From Promethearchaeota archaeon (GTDB lineage Archaea; Asgardarchaeota; Lokiarchaeia; Sigyniarchaeales; SOKP01), in NCBI GenBank assembly GCA_030606485.1, contig JAUWGH010000005.1:60001-92000 (forward strand): a stretch of DNA of 32,000 nt, written 5' to 3'. The notes below the pieces were generated by a model that was not told the DNA's origin, did no database searches, and worked only from the letters and a program-made list of their open reading frames with translations. Below, in pieces: positions 26,857 through 32,000 of this stretch. The position numbers and the translations under genes are program-made. Numbering within the stretch: position 1 is the first letter of the stretch; the number at the start of each line of letters is the position of its first letter.

Positions 26857-28017
26857 TTGTTTAATATGGAAAAATCCGATTATATTTATATGATAAAAGA
26901 TAATGTATTGGTTCTAGGTATTCAATTACCAGATCACCTACAAGGGGAGAATCTTGAAAAATATTTAACCACACTTCCCCTTGATACATTAGAACATATT
27001 GCAGGTTTTGATAAAAAATTTTTGGAATTCTTTTTTCATAAATTAAAAGGGATATCTAACCAAGATTTTACTAATTTTTTAAATAAATTAAACAAAATTT
27101 CTTATCTTGTAGGTCCATTAGGTGAATTATCATATTTAACCGAAGAACAAATCAAATACATTCTTGAAAAAATTGAAGATTTAAATATGGAAGATATTGT
27201 TTCCGAAAAAATAAATCAAATTGCAGATGAATTCTTGGAGAAAGAATTTGGAGGTTCTCTTAATCAGCAACAGATTTCTTTTGATAATACATTACAAAAT
27301 ATTAGATTTTATCTTAGAGAAATGGGATACACACATGAAGAAATAGAACAAAGAATTAAAGAAGCAGGAGAAGATACAAAAAAATTGGATACATTATTTT
27401 CATTACCAGAAAAAACCATTTATACTCATCCTCAACAACCTCAAAGAACACCTCAAGGTGAAACAATAGGACAAGGTTTATCTGAAACTGTAGAGAATGG
27501 AGACGCATCAGAATTTTCCCCTCAAGATCTACGAAGGCAAGTTCCCGAAATTTCTGCAGAGCGAGCAAGAAAAGTAGAGGAAATAATGAAATTAATTAAA
27601 GAAAAGACTAAAGATTCACTTACCGAAGATCAAGAAGCTATATTTCTCGAAATACACCCCGATAGATTAAATCGTATTAATAATATTTTAAAAAATTTTA
27701 ATCGAAAGAGTAAAAAATTCAATTTATTATTAGAATGGTTTAAATTATCCCATTATTTAGAGAGCATTGAATGTAAAGTTGAGCATTGGCAAGTCTCAAG
27801 TAGGGCTACCAGATCCCAAGTTGGTGTATATACTGCAGGAATTCCATTTGCTCGTTATGATCGTATTGTAGTAGATTTTTCAGAAAGAAAGCTAGAAAAG
27901 GTTATTAATATTGCAAAAAGAATTCTCGCTAATCCAACTAAGGAGAGAATTCAAAAACTTGGTCAAGACCTTACGTCTGAAACAGGATTCGATGAACACT
28001 TATATTTTACAGATTAA
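26857..28017 (+). CDS. Hypothetical protein (386 aa), helical with P/Q-rich linker
   Basis: Long ORF; start possibly ATG 26866; no family recognised. Confidence 0.78.
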   Translation: MFNMEKSDYIYMIKDNVLVLGIQLPDHLQGENLEKYLTTLPLDTLEHIAGFDKKFLEFFFHKLKGISNQDFTNFLNKLNKISYLVGPLGELSYLTEEQIKYILEKIEDLNMEDIVSEKINQIADEFLEKEFGGSLNQQQISFDNTLQNIRFYLREMGYTHEEIEQRIKEAGEDTKKLDTLFSLPEKTIYTHPQQPQRTPQGETIGQGLSETVENGDASEFSPQDLRRQVPEISAERARKVEEIMKLIKEKTKDSLTEDQEAIFLEIHPDRLNRINNILKNFNRKSKKFNLLLEWFKLSHYLESIECKVEHWQVSSRATRSQVGVYTAGIPFARYDRIVVDFSERKLEKVINIAKRILANPTKERIQKLGQDLTSETGFDEHLYFTD

Positions 28018-28246
28018 TTGATTAAATTTTTCAATAAAAACCTTTTTTTTTATCTTTGTTAATTAAATTTTATTTTATTAGTAGCGAGGAAAAAAATATA
28101 ATTTTTAAAAAATCAAAAAATTCAATTAGCAGAGCAAAAATTTCCTTAAACTTTCCCTAAAATTGAATTTGCAAGAGTTTAATAATTATGAAATATTTGT
28201 TTCTTTAACAAATGATGAAAAAAGCAAACTTAGTAAGTGAATTTCA

Positions 28247-29395
28247 GTGAATTTCGAAGAATTAGACATTAGCGTAGGACGCATTAATGCTTTAAAAAAC
28301 AATATGAATATTACATCACCAACACCAGTTCAAGAAAAAGCTATTCCTTTAATTCTAAAGAATCATAATATCATGGCTCAAGCCAAGACTGGAACGGGAA
28401 AGACCTTAGCATATATTATTCCAATTGTGGAAAAATTAAAGTTTCACAATATTGAATGTCTTGTTTTAGTTCCTACACGCGAACTTGCAAAACAAGTTTA
28501 TGAAGTAATAAATGATTTGAGAGATAATAGAATAAAATCTTTACCAATATATGGTGGAGTTTCAATAAATAATCAGATTAGAAAGTTGGAGCAGGGTATT
28601 CATATAATCATTGCAACACCCGGAAGACTCATTGATCTCTACAAAAGAGGTAAACTTAATTTTAACTATATTAGATTTGTGGTTTTAGATGAAGGAGACA
28701 GGCTTTGGGATATGGGGTTTGCCCCAGACATAAAATACATCTTAAGCTTAATTAAAACTAAATATCAATTTATGTTATTCTCAGCCACATTAGATTATGA
28801 TATAAGAGAATTAGTTAAAAAATATACAAGAAATAAATTTACATTTCTTAATTTAAGTAGAGATGACCTAACTGTAAGAAGTACCAGACAATATTTTTAT
28901 TTGATTGATTTATTTGAACAAAAATTTGGCACTTTTCTTCAAATTTTAAAAAAAGAAAACCCCCAAAATGTTCTTTTATTTGTCAATACAAAAAAAACAG
29001 CATCTTGGCTGTTTAATAAATTAACTAGAAAGAAAACATGGTATAGAATTGGATTATTATCCGGTGATTTATCCCAATTTCAGCGAGAAAAAATCTTAAA
29101 AGAATTTAAAACTCATAAGATTAATATGCTCATCGCTACTGATGTGGCTGCAAGGGGTTTAGATATTGAAAATATTTCTCATGTTATTAATTATGATCTT
29201 CCCAAATTCTCAGAAAATTATGTACATCGAATAGGTAGAACATCTCGAATGAGTAAAAAAGGAACAGCAATTACCCTCTGTTTAAAGGACGAATATGAGT
29301 ATTTATGTAGAATAGAAGGACTTATTAATAAAGAAATTAAACGAAGATATCTAAAAGAGCAGGCACAAGCAAGAAATCGATTTCCTTTTTATTAA
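28247..29395 (+). CDS. DEAD-box RNA helicase (core only)
   Basis: Q motif, AKTGTGKT, PTRELA, TPGRL, DEGD, SAT, TDVAARGLD, HRIGRTSR. Confidence 0.93.
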   Translation: MNFEELDISVGRINALKNNMNITSPTPVQEKAIPLILKNHNIMAQAKTGTGKTLAYIIPIVEKLKFHNIECLVLVPTRELAKQVYEVINDLRDNRIKSLPIYGGVSINNQIRKLEQGIHIIIATPGRLIDLYKRGKLNFNYIRFVVLDEGDRLWDMGFAPDIKYILSLIKTKYQFMLFSATLDYDIRELVKKYTRNKFTFLNLSRDDLTVRSTRQYFYLIDLFEQKFGTFLQILKKENPQNVLLFVNTKKTASWLFNKLTRKKTWYRIGLLSGDLSQFQREKILKEFKTHKINMLIATDVAARGLDIENISHVINYDLPKFSENYVHRIGRTSRMSKKGTAITLCLKDEYEYLCRIEGLINKEIKRRYLKEQAQARNRFPFY

Positions 29396-29439
29396 ATTCA
29401 ATCCAATATGTTTTTAAATTAAATTACTACTTTCTCCCC

Positions 29440-30204
29440 TTATAATAGTGATAAACTCAATGCCATTATAAACATTCCTATAATAAGCCCTAGAATTGAA
29501 AGATGTTCTTTACCAAACGAACGAGATACGGGTAATAATTCATCCAATGAAATAAACACCATAAATCCTCCCACAATAGATAACATTATTCCCAATACAA
29601 AATCATTCAAAAAAGGCAAGAGTATTAATCCCGCAATTAGAGCACCTATAGGTTCACTAACTCCTGATAAAAAGGACCATAAAAAAGCTTTTTTACTGCT
29701 TTTTGTTGATTGATAAACAGGAACCGCCACTGCTATCCCCTCTGGTATATTATGAAGCGCAATAGCTACCATCAATAAAAACCCTAATTCGACATCTTTT
29801 AATGTACCTGCAAATGTAGCCATACCTTCCGGAAAATTATGAATAAATACCCCTAATGCAATTAATAATGAAGTTTTTTCTAATTTAGGTTCTTTTTTTT
29901 CATTTTGCTCTTTTTTACGAGAATCTTCAAATTCGTATTTATGTGAAATCCCCAAATCAACTGCAAACATAATTATCATTCCAATAAAAAACCATAGATG
30001 TCCATTAAAAAATCCTAAGGATTCTATACCTTGCTGTAATAATTCAACAAAAGATATAAGAATCATAACTCCAGCAGAAAAGCCCATGGAGATTGAAATA
30101 TATTTTGGACCGGGTTCCTTAAAAAATAATGCGATTACACTACCAATTGTGGTTGATAAGCCAGCAACAGTTGTTAATATTAGAGCAAATATGAAATTTT
30201 CCAC
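29440..30204 (-). CDS. zupT: ZIP-family metal transporter
   Basis: FSAGVM..ISF.EL, HNFPEG, HNIPEG.AVA.P, SG.SEP.GA, ISLDELLP. Confidence 0.92.
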   Translation of the reverse strand: MENFIFALILTTVAGLSTTIGSVIALFFKEPGPKYISISMGFSAGVMILISFVELLQQGIESLGFFNGHLWFFIGMIIMFAVDLGISHKYEFEDSRKKEQNEKKEPKLEKTSLLIALGVFIHNFPEGMATFAGTLKDVELGFLLMVAIALHNIPEGIAVAVPVYQSTKSSKKAFLWSFLSGVSEPIGALIAGLILLPFLNDFVLGIMLSIVGGFMVFISLDELLPVSRSFGKEHLSILGLIIGMFIMALSLSLL

Positions 30205-30276
30205 TTTACAAAAAAACTCGCTTTGATTATTTCAAATTAAAACCAATTAATTTTTAAAAATGAAAATATGAATTAA

Positions 30277-30294
30277 AACTAATTTAAATTAGTT
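30277..30294. promoter_or_regulatory. Perfect 18-bp palindrome upstream of zupT
   Basis: AACTAATTTAAATTAGTT is its own reverse complement; 73-90 nt upstream of the zupT start. Confidence 0.45.
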
Positions 30295-30352
30295 AAATTT
30301 TTTTGAGATGTAGATTTATTCCTAAACACATTCGTGCTATTATGTGCTGTTT

Positions 30353-30646
30353 TTATTTTAGGTCCTCAGCTAAATCAAGAAATTCTGTGTATGGAATGGC
30401 TGTCCAGCTTTCTGCGAAGGTAGCTCCCGCAGAACGGGAAAGTAACGAAACTTTTGCAGCTTCTTTTTCATTTTTCACTTCAAAAATATCAAGAAAGTCA
30501 TAAGGACCTAATATGGCATAGTGTGCAATCCATTTAATATCTGGAACTTTTTCTCTAACTAGCTTTAACCACTTTTCACCCTGTTCTTTCCTTTTCTTAA
30601 CTAGGTCAGGATGTTGAAGTTTGGTTGCAAGTATGTATATAGGCAT
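30353..30646 (-). CDS. GYD domain protein
   Basis: YAILGPYDFLDIFE ... AA..S....S.G....E.W.AIP. Confidence 0.85.
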   Translation of the reverse strand: MPIYILATKLQHPDLVKKRKEQGEKWLKLVREKVPDIKWIAHYAILGPYDFLDIFEVKNEKEAAKVSLLSRSAGATFAESWTAIPYTEFLDLAEDLK

Positions 30647-30663
30647 AATATATTTATGGGCAA

Positions 30664-30702
30664 GATTACACTTTAAATCTTATGATTACATTTTAAACCT
30701 TA
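30664..30702. repeat. Tandem 19-bp direct repeat (20-bp period) in the GYD promoter
   Basis: GATTACACTTTAAATCTTA (30664-30682) and GATTACATTTTAAACCTTA (30684-30702), 17 of 19 identical. Confidence 0.7.
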
Positions 30703-30910
30703 CAAATAATTATCGTTATTCCTTTGATAAAGGTATTAAAATTATTGAATATGAGTTAAAAAATTAGGAAAATAGTTATCTAAAATATATCGCCTTAAAT
30801 ATATTAAAAAAATTCACTTAAAAGAATTAATTTTTATTAAAATTAATTTTAAATAAAATTGATAATTAAAGTAAATAATTGCAAGAAAAATAAACTTCAG
30901 AGAATAAGAA

Positions 30911-31309
30911 ATGGATAAAGAATTAGATGATATTCGTAAAAAGAAGGAAGAACTATTAAAAAAAATGCTTGAAATGCCAAATGACGTTTTACATCTTAAA
31001 AATTATCAAGAATTATCCAATGTGATAAACCAATATCCTAACAAAATTGTTATTATTGATTGTTCTGCTGTCTGGTGTGGTCCATGCAAATGGTTTTCCC
31101 CAATATTTGAACAACTTCAAAAAGAACTTAAAATGGATTTCATTTTTACGAAAGTTGATGTCGATGAGGCTCGAGATATTGCGATAAATTTTGGAATTCG
31201 AGCAGTTCCCACGACATTATTCATAAAGGCCGGAAATATAATTAAAAAAATTGAAGGTGCAATGAAGTACGAACAAATGAAACCTATTCTTTTACAATTA
31301 AAAGCATAA
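30911..31309 (+). CDS. trxA: Thioredoxin
   Basis: WCGPC active site, KVDVDE, cis-Pro VPT; archaeal-type N-terminal helix. Confidence 0.9.
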   Translation: MDKELDDIRKKKEELLKKMLEMPNDVLHLKNYQELSNVINQYPNKIVIIDCSAVWCGPCKWFSPIFEQLQKELKMDFIFTKVDVDEARDIAINFGIRAVPTTLFIKAGNIIKKIEGAMKYEQMKPILLQLKA

Positions 31310-31380
31310 ATCATTTTATATTGCTTTTCTTTTTCTTTCATTCTCAAATTTTTTAAAATTGATTTCTCTATTATTATCTA

Positions 31381-32000
31381 ATGAAAAATATCAATTCAAA
31401 GATGGATTTTGAAGATATTTTAGCCCTTGATAAAGTTATTGATTTAATTAAAGATTTTTCCGATAAAAATCCAATTAAGAAGTATAAAATTAATTTTAAG
31501 AAGATTAAAGAAAAGGTAAATGAATTAAAAAGTATAAAAGATAAAGATATTAAATCGAAATACAATTTATTTAAGACTATTTTAAGAAAATTAAAGTTAA
31601 TTATCAAGCGAGAATTCCATCCGGAGATATTTTTCATTATTGGAGGGCATGGGGGTGTAATAATCAATGATATTGGTTTTTGTGAATTTGACTCTCCTAA
31701 ATTTGCAATAAATCGCTTATTAGAAAAAATGGAACTTGCAATTAAAACCAATATGCCTTATCATATTGAAATTGCAATAAGTTGTTTGGAATGGTTGTAT
31801 AAAAAATATCCTGAAAAAATCTCGGAATTTTTAAGATTATTTAAACTTGGTAGGTTTGAAATAATTAATCCTACTTTTTCACAACCATACAGTTTAATCA
31901 TTGGTGCTGAATCGAATATTAAGCAATTCGAATACGGACTAAATTATTTAAAACAATTGGGATTAGATTGCACAATTTATTATTGTTCAGAAAGTTCGAT
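31381..32000 (+). CDS. GH38/GH57-type glycoside hydrolase N-terminal domain protein (partial, runs off window)
   Basis: Manual translation is open from ATG 31381 to the window end: ...LEWL...YPE.......GRFEIINPTFSQPYSLIIGAESNIKQFEYG...; not in the ORF track. Confidence 0.7.
   Translation, partial: MKNINSKMDFEDILALDKVIDLIKDFSDKNPIKKYKINFKKIKEKVNELKSIKDKDIKSKYNLFKTILRKLKLIIKREFHPEIFFIIGGHGGVIINDIGFCEFDSPKFAINRLLEKMELAIKTNMPYHIEIAISCLEWLYKKYPEKISEFLRLFKLGRFEIINPTFSQPYSLIIGAESNIKQFEYGLNYLKQLGLDCTIYYCSESS

Noticed and set aside
25029-31751. Short overlapping ORFs (25029-25328, 25597-25899, 27356-27568, 30303-30503, 31117-31347, 31374-31751)
   Set aside because: Shadows; 31374-31751 is antisense to the partial GH gene missed by the track.
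1-32000. CRISPR array, tRNA, rRNA, integrase or IS element
   Set aside because: No regularly spaced repeats, no GC-rich cloverleaf or rRNA-like stretch, and no recombinase or transposase ORF seen by eye; tRNAscan-SE and Infernal would be definitive.

Overview
AT-rich (roughly 25-30% GC by eye) archaeal chromosomal segment. A tail-less archaeal histone, a Roadblock/Rab-like GTPase fusion, a RING-H2 protein, TATA-box promoters and GAGGT(G)-type SD sites point to an Asgard archaeon, probably Lokiarchaeia-like (inferred, not searched). About 35 CDSs: 1-8016 is a co-directional minus-strand run (MFS transporter, M1 peptidase, three Fe-S/flavin proteins, several unknowns); then a PAS-only protein; a methyltransferase island (arsM, HgcC-like AbrB regulator, ICMT-family and class I MTases); histone, zinc-ribbon protein, leuB; a head-to-head Roadblock-GTPase / RING-TPR pair; thiDN, DUF166, alkaline-phosphatase-family protein, PAS_10, cupins, CruF-like protein, thiC, Nudix, DEAD-box helicase, zupT, GYD, thioredoxin and a partial GH38/GH57-like gene. 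No rRNA, tRNA, CRISPR array or intact transposase was seen. Best candidates for undescribed biology: (1) an ArsR-free arsM operon led by a triple-CC AbrB-fold HgcC-like protein, with a GC-rich operator-like palindrome beside its TATA box and a 14-bp direct repeat flanking the module; (2) a Roadblock + Rab-like GTPase + degenerate second G-domain protein divergently paired with a RING-H2/TPR putative E3 ligase; (3) a histone with a Cys/His cluster at the tetramer interface.
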